From IMG/VR virus record IMGVR_UViG_3300010160_002125, positions 3,352 to 67,351 of that record: a stretch of 64,000 nucleotides of DNA. One strand, given 5' to 3'. The notes under the pieces are model-generated. The model was not told where the DNA came from, did no database searches, and saw only the letters and a list, made by a program, of their open reading frames with translations. Below are positions 49,798 through 59,374 of the stretch, piece after piece (the first letter of the stretch is position 1; each line of letters starts with the position of its first letter). The stretch comes from a virus. A program made the position numbers and the translations under genes.

Positions 49798-50262
49798 ATG
49801 GCACAAATGATCGATGTAAGCCCTAACTGGCAAAAAGCCGAAACACCTTATTCACGTTTTGGTACACGTAAAGTTCAATGGTATACTATTGGACACGTTG
49901 GAACACGTACACCACCTAGCTACGCAGTTGACCCTGCTAAAATGGCTAGCCTAATACAGTTGATCCAAACACAAATGGAAGTTATCATGGTAGGTCACCC
50001 ACGTGCTGGTCAAGATTGGGGTAGATTTATGATTGCAGTTGCGGCTGACACAGCTAACGACGGCGGAAATACAGATAGCTACTACTACAATAACAAGAGC
50101 AGATCGTTAGAAGAAATTCTAGAGCAGTTCGAAGACGACACAATCGGTGACGGTAACGTACAAGTTCAAAAGCGTTATATTTGGTCCGACGAGTTCGTTA
50201 CTGACTCAGACTACGCAGAAGCTGATCTTAAAGCTGATATCGTACCACACGACGCTGACTAA
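49798..50262 (+). CDS. late protein, NW...(G)TR family paralogue 1
   Basis: late motif, GAGG RBS, terminator downstream. Confidence 0.8.
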   Translation: MAQMIDVSPNWQKAETPYSRFGTRKVQWYTIGHVGTRTPPSYAVDPAKMASLIQLIQTQMEVIMVGHPRAGQDWGRFMIAVAADTANDGGNTDSYYYNNKSRSLEEILEQFEDDTIGDGNVQVQKRYIWSDEFVTDSDYAEADLKADIVPHDAD

Positions 50263-50295
50263 TCAGTTATTTTTCCACTCGGGATGGGAAGCATT

Positions 50296-50320
50296 AAAGG
50301 ACTTTTAGGAGTCCTTTTTT
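50296..50320 (+). terminator. intrinsic terminator
   Basis: AAAGGACT-TTTAGG-AGTCCTTT followed by T run. Confidence 0.8.
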
Positions 50321-50386
50321 GTTGACCGAACTAAATACAATACAAGTTTCGCAAAGGGCGAAACGCCCATAAAGAGGAGATATATT

Positions 50387-50809
50387 ATGGCACAGATGTT
50401 AGATACAAGTCCAAACTGGACACAAACAAAGCCAACAACTCGTGTAAGCACACGTCAGTTAGGCTTTTTCAACGTAGCATTAGCAAACGTACATGTTAAC
50501 CCATACGCGGCAGACAGCTTGTTTTCTAAAGCAGTTCGTGGCGCACAAGTGCAATCAGAAATGTTTGCAGTAGGTGAGCCAGCAAGTGGCAACTTTATCA
50601 TTGTTGTTGCAAGCGACACAGCCAATGATGGTTCAATCACAGAAACTGCAGAACTAGACAGTAGTTACAATGACATGGCTAAGACTCTAGAGTTAGCTAT
50701 CGAAGCTTCTACTGGAACTGGTTGCACTGTTACACGTAAGCATTTGAGTGGTAATGGTTTTGCCGCTGGATTCACAGTATACAGCGACGAGTCACAGAAC
50801 GATGCATAA
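50387..50809 (+). CDS. late protein, NW...(G)TR family paralogue 2
   Basis: MAQM.D.SPNW and DTANDG shared with paralogue 1. Confidence 0.8.
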   Translation: MAQMLDTSPNWTQTKPTTRVSTRQLGFFNVALANVHVNPYAADSLFSKAVRGAQVQSEMFAVGEPASGNFIIVVASDTANDGSITETAELDSSYNDMAKTLELAIEASTGTGCTVTRKHLSGNGFAAGFTVYSDESQNDA

Positions 50810-50828
50810 TCTTAACTGATTATACACT

Positions 50829-50851
50829 AAAGGACCTTAGGGTCCTTTTTT
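50829..50851 (+). terminator. intrinsic terminator
   Basis: AAAGGACC-TTAG-GGTCCTTT followed by T run. Confidence 0.85.
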
Positions 50852-50907
50852 GTTGGCTGTATAAATACAATATGAGCTCACAGAGCAAACAATGAGGAAT
50901 TTTTATT

Positions 50908-51306
50908 ATGGCAATCCCACAAGACCTAGTAGACGGAACAATAGGTAGAATTAACGGCTCCAACACCCGTGTTGGTACACTATACAACTCAAACTGCAAT
51001 CTATACAACATTTATGTTAGCTACGAAGGTGCAGTTGATCTAAGAACAGAAGACAGCTACGGCGGCGACGCCACTATTGACGGTGTGATCGAAAGCATTG
51101 TTAAAGAACTTAATCCTCTGGCTTGGTTTGCCCCTAACAACAATGACGGCATTATCAGTGTGGTAATGGACAAGTCTATCAATGATGCGGCTGACATACA
51201 AAAACGTATTCGTGACCTAAGCCCAGTCGGACCAAATCAAACTAATATCAGCGGAACAACAGTATGGCCCGCAACGTCAATACCACCGTTTGGCGACAAC
51301 TCTTAA
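50908..51306 (+). CDS. late protein, likely virion component
   Basis: full TATAAATA at 50860 and GAGG RBS. Confidence 0.75.
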   Translation: MAIPQDLVDGTIGRINGSNTRVGTLYNSNCNLYNIYVSYEGAVDLRTEDSYGGDATIDGVIESIVKELNPLAWFAPNNNDGIISVVMDKSINDAADIQKRIRDLSPVGPNQTNISGTTVWPATSIPPFGDNS

Positions 51307-51321
51307 TCAAGGACTATCAAC

Positions 51322-52137
51322 ATGGCATACACAAACGACCCACAAATACTATCAAACTGGACAAGAACCTTTGATACATCAAACCTTGGCACACGCAAAC
51401 TAGCTTTCTATCAAGTATCATTAGATGGCGATGTTGGCATGGCCGCAGACTATCAAGACAACGACAGCGTTTACTATAGAATGGTTCGCGCTATTCAAGA
51501 AGCCGCAGGCGGCGAACTATATTATCTAGGAGAGCCGCAACACCAATACGGCACACCGGGTACTGACTATTTTATCATTGGCGTAGCTGATGATGCACAA
51601 CCTGACTATGCTTACCTAGAAGACACTGATACATATACTGTTGTAGAAACTGACGTCGATGGTTGGATTTTGATTGACCAGAATCAACTTTATATAGGAG
51701 CCGGTATTCCGTTACAGTTTAACAGCGGAGTATTTGGTGGTATTGTACCAGGCAAGAAATACTATGCTAGAGATTTTGATTGGGAGGGTAGTCAAACTTG
51801 GGTACAACTAAGCGATACCATTGAAGCAAAATCAGCAGACGGCACAGGTGACTATCCCCCTAACAGTTATGGTATACCTGGCGCACCAACTCAAGATTTC
51901 ACATCAGCCACTGGCGAAGAAGATATAACATCCTACTTATATGACATTCACTGGACCGGACGAGCAGGTGATGTGCAGTGGTCATGTTGCTCGGATGTTA
52001 TTTTTAAATCAATCTTTGCCGATCGTTTCATAGGTGCAATACAAGATGCATACATACCCGAGATAGGCAGTGCTTACTGGAGTGTTTTCAGATGTCAAGT
52101 AACCGACGGAGTTTATCCGTGGTACTGCTGTTGCTAA
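51322..52137 (+). CDS. late protein, NW...GTR family paralogue with insertion
   Basis: NWTRT...GTRKL, ELYYLG, GVADD; ends WYCCC. Confidence 0.8.
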   Translation: MAYTNDPQILSNWTRTFDTSNLGTRKLAFYQVSLDGDVGMAADYQDNDSVYYRMVRAIQEAAGGELYYLGEPQHQYGTPGTDYFIIGVADDAQPDYAYLEDTDTYTVVETDVDGWILIDQNQLYIGAGIPLQFNSGVFGGIVPGKKYYARDFDWEGSQTWVQLSDTIEAKSADGTGDYPPNSYGIPGAPTQDFTSATGEEDITSYLYDIHWTGRAGDVQWSCCSDVIFKSIFADRFIGAIQDAYIPEIGSAYWSVFRCQVTDGVYPWYCCC

Positions 52138-52154
52138 TATAAGGAAAAATAATC

Positions 52155-52601
52155 ATGGCACAATCACAAGAATCAATCATCACAACCAACTGGAAGCGCA
52201 CACAACCTTCCAGCCACTTTGGCACACGTAACCTACAGTGGTATTATTTTTCAGTAGACTATAACTTATACAGCGACGACTCAAATGACTTCGACGGTTA
52301 TACTACCGTAGGACAGTTGGCTGCCGGCTACACTAATCCGGGTAGCTTATATTCAGCAGTAGTTAAAGTTATACAAGAAGTTGCCGGCGCGGAACTATAC
52401 TATCTAGGTGCTCCAACATTCCAACAAGTAAGTGAGTTTGTATTTGCAGTAGCAGACGATGACGGACAAGGTCTTACTGAAGACGGTCCATTTGTTATAC
52501 TTAATCAAATAGGTAATGCAATATTTGACAATCTTCTAGGACCCGGCCCATGGAATGTACTTCCTCTGTTTGACGCCGGCGAAGGCATTTACACACCATA
52601 A
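52155..52601 (+). CDS. late protein, NW...GTR family paralogue
   Basis: NWKRT...GTRNL, ELYYLG, AVADD. Confidence 0.8.
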   Translation: MAQSQESIITTNWKRTQPSSHFGTRNLQWYYFSVDYNLYSDDSNDFDGYTTVGQLAAGYTNPGSLYSAVVKVIQEVAGAELYYLGAPTFQQVSEFVFAVADDDGQGLTEDGPFVILNQIGNAIFDNLLGPGPWNVLPLFDAGEGIYTP

Positions 52602-52613
52602 AGGAAAAATAAC

Positions 52614-52874
52614 ATGAATCCACATTTTAAAGCACAAGGCATGACTCCAACAGCCGCCTTGGCCGCAAGAGCCAAAGCACAAGCAACAGCCGCAAGAGTA
52701 AGCGCAGTCGTTAAAGCACAAAGAGAAGCTGCCGGACAACCCTCAACTAGACAAGCAAAGATGGAAGCCGCAAAGGCACGTAGAGCCAGTATTCGCACAA
52801 TGAAACCAAATGACTTTCGTGCAAAGCTAGCTGGTGATTGGGCAAACGCAAAACTTAACTGGCCTAAAAAATGA
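52614..52874 (+). CDS. small basic Ala/Arg/Lys-rich protein
   Basis: AAGGA RBS, coupled to the subtilase gene. Confidence 0.7.
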   Translation: MNPHFKAQGMTPTAALAARAKAQATAARVSAVVKAQREAAGQPSTRQAKMEAAKARRASIRTMKPNDFRAKLAGDWANAKLNWPKK

Positions 52875-54424
52875 AAGAGTACGTGGTCGTTGCCAATAAT
52901 GAAACAGATATTGACAGCGTTCATGAGGACTTAACTGCTCCTCATGGCAGCGACACGATTCCTAATAGACCAGTTGATATAGCAGATGCCAAGCCACTCA
53001 ACGAACGTATTACCAACTATGTACTCACAGATGAGGAAGCTAAGAAACTAGCAGACGATCCTCGTGTAGAAGCAGTACACTTAAAACCTGATCCGAGAAC
53101 CATGCGACCTTTTACGGTCCAAACTCCGCGCACCTGGGATAATCGCCCGGGCAACTTTAATCGCGATGGTACACTTGATAATCGCAACGTAAACTGGGGT
53201 CTAAGACGTACCAGTGTTGCCGCACCTGAAAAGACTGTGGGCACTACTTATGAGTACGAAGCAGACGGTACAGGTGTTGATGTCGTCATCATGGATGACG
53301 GCGTACAGACTAATCATCCTGAGTTTCTAAATGCACAGGGACAAAGTCGTGTAAAAGAAATCAACTGGTTCACAGCCGCAGGTGTAAGTGGCACAATGCC
53401 CACAGGCTTTTATGACTATACTACATTTGGTGATGGCGAACACGGCACACACGTAGCAGGCATTGCCTGTGGTAAAACATACGGCTATGCTAAAAATGCT
53501 GACATCTACAGTATGCGTATATTTGATGATGTCAACGGTGCGGCCAGTTTTAGTTCAGACATGGCATTTGACTTAATCAAACTATGGCACCAACGTAAAG
53601 GCAATGGCCGTCCAACTGTGGTAAACATGAGTTGGGGCTATGCTTGGTACTATACAGGCGATCCTAATCGTCCTGCACTTCGATGCATTACTGCCGTCAA
53701 CTATAGAAGCAAGCTGACCAGCTATGCCAACAAACCAACTGCGCCATTACGAGCCAATGGCATGGTTGGACCAGAACATGGATTCCGTGTGCCCAGTATT
53801 GATGCACAGGTAACTGACGGTGAAGCCGCAGGCATTATCTATTGTGCTGCCGCAGGCAACTATGGACACAAGGTAGATGTGCCAGGCGGAGCTGACTACA
53901 ACAACTATTACAAGTTATCATTTGAAAACATTGAACCAGCTAATACTCCTGTTTACTATCACAGAGGATCTAGCCCACGTGGTACTATACAGGTAACTGC
54001 CGCTGAGGTAACTGTTGCCAAAACAGGCAATACACTAAACGAACTATTGGCTAGTTACAGTGAACGTGGCCCAGGCTGTGATGTTGTGGCTCCGGGAACT
54101 AACATTGCCAGCTCAACTAGCTTACAAAGCGGCTTTGGTCCTTATGCTTATCAGTTTGGTACACAAGCACAGACCTCAAACAAGGCAGTTTCTATCAGCG
54201 GTACTAGTATGGCAACTCCACAGGTAACAGGTGTATGCGCTCTGTACCTACAACGAAATCCAACCAAAACACCTGCACAGGTCAAAGCATGGATAGCCGC
54301 CAAGTCAAAGACCAATCAAGTCAAGACCTCAACTAAAACAGACGATTGGACTAACAGTCAAGCACTGTTAGGTGGTCCAAATCGTTACTTGTTCAACCCA
54401 TACCGCAACGGCTATACTGACTGA
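52871..54424 (+). CDS. subtilisin-like serine peptidase (S8)
   Basis: VVIMDDG (Asp), HGTHVAG (His), AAGN, GTSMATP (Ser). Confidence 0.95.
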   Translation: MKEYVVVANNETDIDSVHEDLTAPHGSDTIPNRPVDIADAKPLNERITNYVLTDEEAKKLADDPRVEAVHLKPDPRTMRPFTVQTPRTWDNRPGNFNRDGTLDNRNVNWGLRRTSVAAPEKTVGTTYEYEADGTGVDVVIMDDGVQTNHPEFLNAQGQSRVKEINWFTAAGVSGTMPTGFYDYTTFGDGEHGTHVAGIACGKTYGYAKNADIYSMRIFDDVNGAASFSSDMAFDLIKLWHQRKGNGRPTVVNMSWGYAWYYTGDPNRPALRCITAVNYRSKLTSYANKPTAPLRANGMVGPEHGFRVPSIDAQVTDGEAAGIIYCAAAGNYGHKVDVPGGADYNNYYKLSFENIEPANTPVYYHRGSSPRGTIQVTAAEVTVAKTGNTLNELLASYSERGPGCDVVAPGTNIASSTSLQSGFGPYAYQFGTQAQTSNKAVSISGTSMATPQVTGVCALYLQRNPTKTPAQVKAWIAAKSKTNQVKTSTKTDDWTNSQALLGGPNRYLFNPYRNGYTD

Positions 54425-54435
54425 TAAATAAGGGT

Positions 54436-55215
54436 ATGTTTACATCATACCAACTACGTCAAGACTGGAGCCAAGACTTACCCAAGTACTGGTGCGACAA
54501 TAATCCATTCCGTACACATTTTTTAAATGCTATGAGCGCAATCTTCCCTGAAGGTGAAAAATTCTTCATTGACAGCGTAAAACCATTTAAAGACAGCATA
54601 ACTGATCCCAAGTTAAAAGCAGAGATTGATGAGTTTATCAAACAAGAAAACTGGCACGGCTATGCCCACAAACAATATAACGAATGGTTAGAACAACAAG
54701 GGCTACCTGCTGACCATGCCGCACAGGAGCACATACAAAGACTCAGTTGGATCAAAAGACATTTTAGTCCAGAAATGTGTCTAGCAATCACAGTTGGGTT
54801 GGAACACATTACTGCACTAACTGGTGGATATAATCTACGCAAACGATCTTTTATGAAACGTATGCATCCACATTTTGAAACACTATGGCGCTGGCACAGC
54901 GTAGAAGAAGTAGAACACAAAGCAGTATGCTTTGATCTTTGGCGCAGTATAAATGGTAAAGAAAGTACTAGACAATGGGCTATGATATTTGCTACAATGT
55001 TTTATTGGTGGACAGTGGGCAAGTCAACTGTTCAGTTTTTACATGCAGATCAACAACTGTTTAAATGGGCTACTCTAAAAGATGCCTGGCAGTTTTTATT
55101 TGCAAAAGAAGGAATGGTTAGAGAAAATACTCAAAAATACTTTAGTTATTGTAGAAAAGATTTTCATCCCAATGACCACGACGATTCACTCTTATTAAGA
55201 TTTAGAAAAACATGA
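54436..55215 (+). CDS. predicted metal-dependent hydrolase (ferritin-like di-metal family)
   Basis: FPEGE.FF, QE..H, LEH.TA, WH..EE.EHK. Confidence 0.88.
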   Translation: MFTSYQLRQDWSQDLPKYWCDNNPFRTHFLNAMSAIFPEGEKFFIDSVKPFKDSITDPKLKAEIDEFIKQENWHGYAHKQYNEWLEQQGLPADHAAQEHIQRLSWIKRHFSPEMCLAITVGLEHITALTGGYNLRKRSFMKRMHPHFETLWRWHSVEEVEHKAVCFDLWRSINGKESTRQWAMIFATMFYWWTVGKSTVQFLHADQQLFKWATLKDAWQFLFAKEGMVRENTQKYFSYCRKDFHPNDHDDSLLLRFRKT

Positions 55216-55445
55216 CAATATCAGAACAAGTAATAGCACTTATAACAGACGAACTGCGCCTTAATGATGGTGCTGTTCAGTTGACCATGAATCTAAAAGA
55301 AGACCTGGATGTGCAGAGCCTAGATGCTGTAGAAATGCTTATGGCACTAGAAGACAAGTTTAACATTGAGTTTGACGAGAAAGATCATGAGAAAGTAACA
55401 ACAGTACAAGATGTTGTAGACCTTGTGGCTAGTCTTGTTAAATAG
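55212..55445 (+). CDS. acpP: acyl carrier protein
   Basis: EDLDVQSLDAVE..MALE..F.I, TVQD. Confidence 0.88.
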   Translation: MTISEQVIALITDELRLNDGAVQLTMNLKEDLDVQSLDAVEMLMALEDKFNIEFDEKDHEKVTTVQDVVDLVASLVK

Positions 55446-55865
55446 TTGATGCAGAGATTTAAAGTACTCACCTTACTAGACATTACAGAAACACAACAGC
55501 ACAGGAAAGAACCTGGACGCGAGCTTGAGTGGCAACAACAGCAAAACTTTCAGATGCTGTTACAGGTAATAGGTCTACGTGTAAACCCCTTATATAGAAC
55601 GGGTCCAACAGTTGAAGAAGTCAACCTAAAAGACTATCAGTTTGGCAATGAATACAAAGGCCAACATTTGATGTGGGATTTTACTTTTGAAATAGAGTAC
55701 GATGGCGGCTTTACAGACACACTGGGACGTGAAGAAGGCCTGCTAGTAGAACTACTGCACTTTGTACCCATGATTACTGGCCTTAAAGAAACAGCTGATC
55801 TGTCAATACCCATGTTTGACACACAGGCCGGTCAGTACCGAAACACCATAGTTTACCTTGATTGA
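55446..55865 (+). CDS. hypothetical phage protein
   Basis: TLLDIT, QQQNF..LLQ..GLR motifs. Confidence 0.75.
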   Translation: MMQRFKVLTLLDITETQQHRKEPGRELEWQQQQNFQMLLQVIGLRVNPLYRTGPTVEEVNLKDYQFGNEYKGQHLMWDFTFEIEYDGGFTDTLGREEGLLVELLHFVPMITGLKETADLSIPMFDTQAGQYRNTIVYLD

Positions 55866-55962
55866 CATAAATAATAGCATAGGCAACTATCAATCACACA
55901 CCACTAGGCCGCAGTAATATACACAGTTCTGAGCGAACTTAACTTATTGGAGACGCCTAACA

Positions 55963-56364
55963 ATGGCCACGAAAGAAGCACAAGCACAACTAGCCACACT
56001 ACCAGAGCGAGTAAGTGTACTAGAAACAAAAGTTGAAAACGTAAACGAAAAACTAGTTGAACTCAAAGCAGACGTCAAAGACATGCACGACTGTCTCGAT
56101 AACACACGTGACGCAGTGATGGCACAACTAGATAAGATGACAGACGAATATCGCACTAATGCTGAAAAGTATTATGAACATGCTAATCACCTAAACGAAC
56201 AACAATCAGCACAGCATAACGAACTAGCTGATAAAATTGGCGAACTAGAAAAAGTCAAAAGCAAGATTACGATGTATGTCATGGCTGCACTGGCATTTGC
56301 CGCAGGCACAGGTTGGATCAATGCTGTCAACTTCCCACACATCATAAAGTTCTTGGGACTTTAA
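55963..56364 (+). CDS. coiled-coil protein with C-terminal TM helix
   Basis: heptad pattern followed by a hydrophobic end. Confidence 0.75.
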   Translation: MATKEAQAQLATLPERVSVLETKVENVNEKLVELKADVKDMHDCLDNTRDAVMAQLDKMTDEYRTNAEKYYEHANHLNEQQSAQHNELADKIGELEKVKSKITMYVMAALAFAAGTGWINAVNFPHIIKFLGL

Positions 56365-56399
56365 AAACTCCTCTAGCCTTTTAACACGCTAAATACAGT

Positions 56400-57122
56400 A
56401 TGCTTATAAAAGAGTTTACTGATATTTTGCGCGAGTTCAGCATTGATAATGCTGTGACATTTCACGACGAACTAAATCCCAAACTATTTGCCAACGAACA
56501 GTTAATTCCAGAGATTAGACAGGGTCTACTCAAAATAGCTGAGCACTTTGAAGAGTTTATCGGTGTTGAACTAGATGTAGTTGACATCACTATCAGTGGC
56601 AGTAATGCGGCCTATAGTTATACTACCCACAGTGACGTTGATCTGCACATTATAGTTCAAGTTCCCAATACTGATGAATACAAGCAGTTACTCGATGCTA
56701 AGAAAAATGACTACAATGCTCGTCATGATATCACAGTTAGAGGTATTCCTGTAGAACTATATGCACAGGATGTGGGACAAGATCATCACAGCGTGGGCAT
56801 TTACAGTGTGCTAAATGATGAATGGGTATCACAAGCAGAACGTACAGATATAGATATTGACAGCGAAGATGTACAGCGTAAATACACTAACTATAGAGAT
56901 AGAGTTAAACTAGTTTTAAAACAAGATGATCACGATATTGCCCAACACATGTGGGATGATATCAAACGTATGCGTAAAGCAGGATTAGAAAGTGCGGCCA
57001 GTGAGTTTAGTACAGAAAACCTAGTATACAAGATGCTACGCAATAAAAAGTGGATTGAAAGACTACAGGACCATATGAACACAATAGTGGATAAAGATTT
57101 GAGTATAGAGGGCAGACAATGA
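56400..57122 (+). CDS. Pol-beta-superfamily nucleotidyltransferase
   Basis: SGSN...SDVDLH motif, VELY. Confidence 0.82.
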   Translation: MLIKEFTDILREFSIDNAVTFHDELNPKLFANEQLIPEIRQGLLKIAEHFEEFIGVELDVVDITISGSNAAYSYTTHSDVDLHIIVQVPNTDEYKQLLDAKKNDYNARHDITVRGIPVELYAQDVGQDHHSVGIYSVLNDEWVSQAERTDIDIDSEDVQRKYTNYRDRVKLVLKQDDHDIAQHMWDDIKRMRKAGLESAASEFSTENLVYKMLRNKKWIERLQDHMNTIVDKDLSIEGRQ

Positions 57123-57505
57123 GACTACAAGACATAGTAAACGAAGATGATCAGCAACTGAATGAATTCCTGCCAGCTTTAGCCGCAGGTGCGGCAGGCA
57201 TAGCCAGGGTAGGCTCAGCAGTAGGAGGAGCTCTTGCAAAAGGTGCTCAAGCAGTGGGTGGTGCTGTTAGCAAAGGTGCTCAAGCAGTGGGTGGTGCTGT
57301 TAGCAAAGTTGGAACAGGTGCTTTAAAAACTGCTGCCGAGATAGCGGCTACTATGCCGGCAACATCAAATGATCCAAAAATACAAAGTGCCATGATGGCA
57401 CAGCAACAAAAACAAACACAAGAACAACGTAAAGCTATTCAAGATCAAATCACTGCTGTTACCAAACAGTTAACTGATCTACGCAGACAACTATCACAAC
57501 TATGA
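57119..57505 (+). CDS. Gly/Ala-rich putative head protein
   Basis: MRLQDIVNE start, LNEF, C-terminal coiled coil. Confidence 0.7.
   Translation: MRLQDIVNEDDQQLNEFLPALAAGAAGIARVGSAVGGALAKGAQAVGGAVSKGAQAVGGAVSKVGTGALKTAAEIAATMPATSNDPKIQSAMMAQQQKQTQEQRKAIQDQITAVTKQLTDLRRQLSQL
57239..57304 (+). repeat. exact 33-nt coding tandem duplication (KGAQAVGGAVS x2)
   Basis: aaaggtgctcaagcagtgggtggtgctgttagc twice. Confidence 0.95.
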
Positions 57506-57705
57506 AACTAAACGAGCTAGTTAGAAGCCTAGATACTTGGACCAGCCGTGAAGAACGTGCAGTCCTAGAAGGTCTCAAAGGTTTAATTTCTATAAAAACA
57601 TTTGACGAACACGAGCGTTTCATAATCGAGAGCCTAATCAGGAAAAGTCTTGTAATTAAAGTACAGGGCAACAATAATGAAACCTACATCTACCCCAACA
57701 CCTAA
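57502..57705 (+). CDS. hypothetical protein
   Basis: 67 aa, ATGA-coupled. Confidence 0.7.
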   Translation: MKLNELVRSLDTWTSREERAVLEGLKGLISIKTFDEHERFIIESLIRKSLVIKVQGNNNETYIYPNT

Positions 57706-57706
57706 T

Positions 57707-58132
57707 ATGGATTCGGAAAAGCTAGAAGCACAAATATACGACATGGCGGTAAGAAGCGGTATGTTTGTGCCTATTAATGCTAGATCTACCAAATATAAAA
57801 ACTATATGATTGTTAGAGGCCCTGACGACATGTGGAATGTATTCCTAATGCCCAGAAAAATACTTATATCTACTACTTACTTAAAAGTATCAGCGTTTGC
57901 CATAGCAAAACTGCATGATAAGAAAGCAGTTACCCGTATTGACGACATTGAAAAAGAAGACAAACGTTTTCAAAAAAACTACACTGATTCAGTATTTTAC
58001 AAAAATACCATGAAAGTAAGCAAAGATTATGTTACTAAAGACACAGCACTTTGGCGCTGGGAATTAGTTACAGAGCAGGTCAAGGATGCTAAGAGCCGAA
58101 TAGACGGCATCTTCTATGCATCACTGAGATAA
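57707..58132 (+). CDS. hypothetical protein
   Basis: likely start MDSEKLE. Confidence 0.7.
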   Translation: MDSEKLEAQIYDMAVRSGMFVPINARSTKYKNYMIVRGPDDMWNVFLMPRKILISTTYLKVSAFAIAKLHDKKAVTRIDDIEKEDKRFQKNYTDSVFYKNTMKVSKDYVTKDTALWRWELVTEQVKDAKSRIDGIFYASLR

Positions 58133-58166
58133 ATAAACTTAACAATACCATTTAGGAAGAACTAAT

Positions 58167-59051
58167 ATGCGAATCACAGAATTTCACCAAAAACCTACAG
58201 CAAAGGCTTTGAATGAAAGCGCGGCTCAAATGTTTGGCCAGAAGCTAAACTTAGACAGTTTCACGCTAGAGCAGATGCTTGATGCCCGCAACAAGCTAAG
58301 AACAAAGGTTAGCCAGTTTGAAAGTGCATCAAGCTATGATGCAGTTATCAATAACGAAAGTTTCACTAAGAACAAAATGTTCCTAGACGTACTAAACACA
58401 GCCATTGAAGAGCGTGAAGCAAGTGCTCCACAACTAACACAAATGGAATCATTAGTATTAGCTAAGGTAGAAGAAGGTCTAATCGCATTTGAAGATATTC
58501 CTCAAGAGCTTCAAGAGAAGGCAGAGATCCGTGCCAAGATGGCAGGCTTAAAAGAAGATGTAATTACAGAAGGCGAAGAAGAAAAAGCCGAATTGATCAT
58601 GGCCGCTCGTGACATGGTTGACCGCATCACAGGCTGGATGGAAGATACAGCAAACATGCAGGCCGAATCAATGTTAGAACTAGTAGACTCTATAAGAGAC
58701 GAAATGGGCTCAGATTTAGCTATGGAATTTGAATCAGTGGTTAAACCATCTCTAGCTACAATCTACACAGCATTAGAATCAAGCAGACAACAACTAACGC
58801 AAAGCGTAGGCCTACTAACAGGTGAAAATGGCGGTGACATGATGGGTGCAGAACCCAACATGGGCGGCGAAGAAGATATGGCCAGTCCAGATGATGCAAT
58901 GCCAGGCGAAGGTACAGGCGAAGAACCAACTGACGAGTTTGGCGCTGACGCAACTGCCGCAGGTGGTGAAGAGGCTGCAGGACGTATGACACGTGAAAGC
59001 GTAGAGTACGGCCGCAAACTAGCAACTTTATTAGCACCAAAAAAAAAGTAA
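58167..59051 (+). CDS. acidic putative prohead core/scaffold-like protein
   Basis: late motif, helical body, acidic G/E/P tail, ends PKKK at an A9G run. Confidence 0.7.
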   Translation: MRITEFHQKPTAKALNESAAQMFGQKLNLDSFTLEQMLDARNKLRTKVSQFESASSYDAVINNESFTKNKMFLDVLNTAIEEREASAPQLTQMESLVLAKVEEGLIAFEDIPQELQEKAEIRAKMAGLKEDVITEGEEEKAELIMAARDMVDRITGWMEDTANMQAESMLELVDSIRDEMGSDLAMEFESVVKPSLATIYTALESSRQQLTQSVGLLTGENGGDMMGAEPNMGGEEDMASPDDAMPGEGTGEEPTDEFGADATAAGGEEAAGRMTRESVEYGRKLATLLAPKKK

Positions 59052-59155
59052 ACGAAGATAACAATCAACTTAATCTAGTATTAAAGCAACTCATCGGCAG
59101 GGCAGATCAAAAAGGTCGTCCTGCCGTTCTTACCTGGGATGAAGTAAATCGTTAT

Positions 59156-59374
59156 ATGCAAAATGTAGGTGATGAAGAGTTCACATACGATTCATTCAAA
59201 CAGGCCTACGACAGTGATCCGCTTACACAAGGTCTTACTCAACGCTTTGATCAAAATGGTGTAGAACTAAAAACCAAAGTATCCAATACTGACGTTGCAC
59301 CGAGTGATGCCAAATTAGACGGTTCGGGTGTAAAACAAATGGCCAAACATGCTTTGAACAAAGCCAGGGGTTGA
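59156..59374 (+). CDS. hypothetical protein (frame open from 58997; possible frameshift extension of the previous gene)
   Basis: -1 frame relative to 58167..59051; no ATG/GTG/TTG between 58997 and 59155. Confidence 0.65.
   Translation: MQNVGDEEFTYDSFKQAYDSDPLTQGLTQRFDQNGVELKTKVSNTDVAPSDAKLDGSGVKQMAKHALNKARG

Noticed and set aside
55866-55962. Structured ncRNA or tRNA in the intergenic gap
   Set aside because: Only a short TAGGC/GCCTA complement; no cloverleaf or recognisable riboswitch
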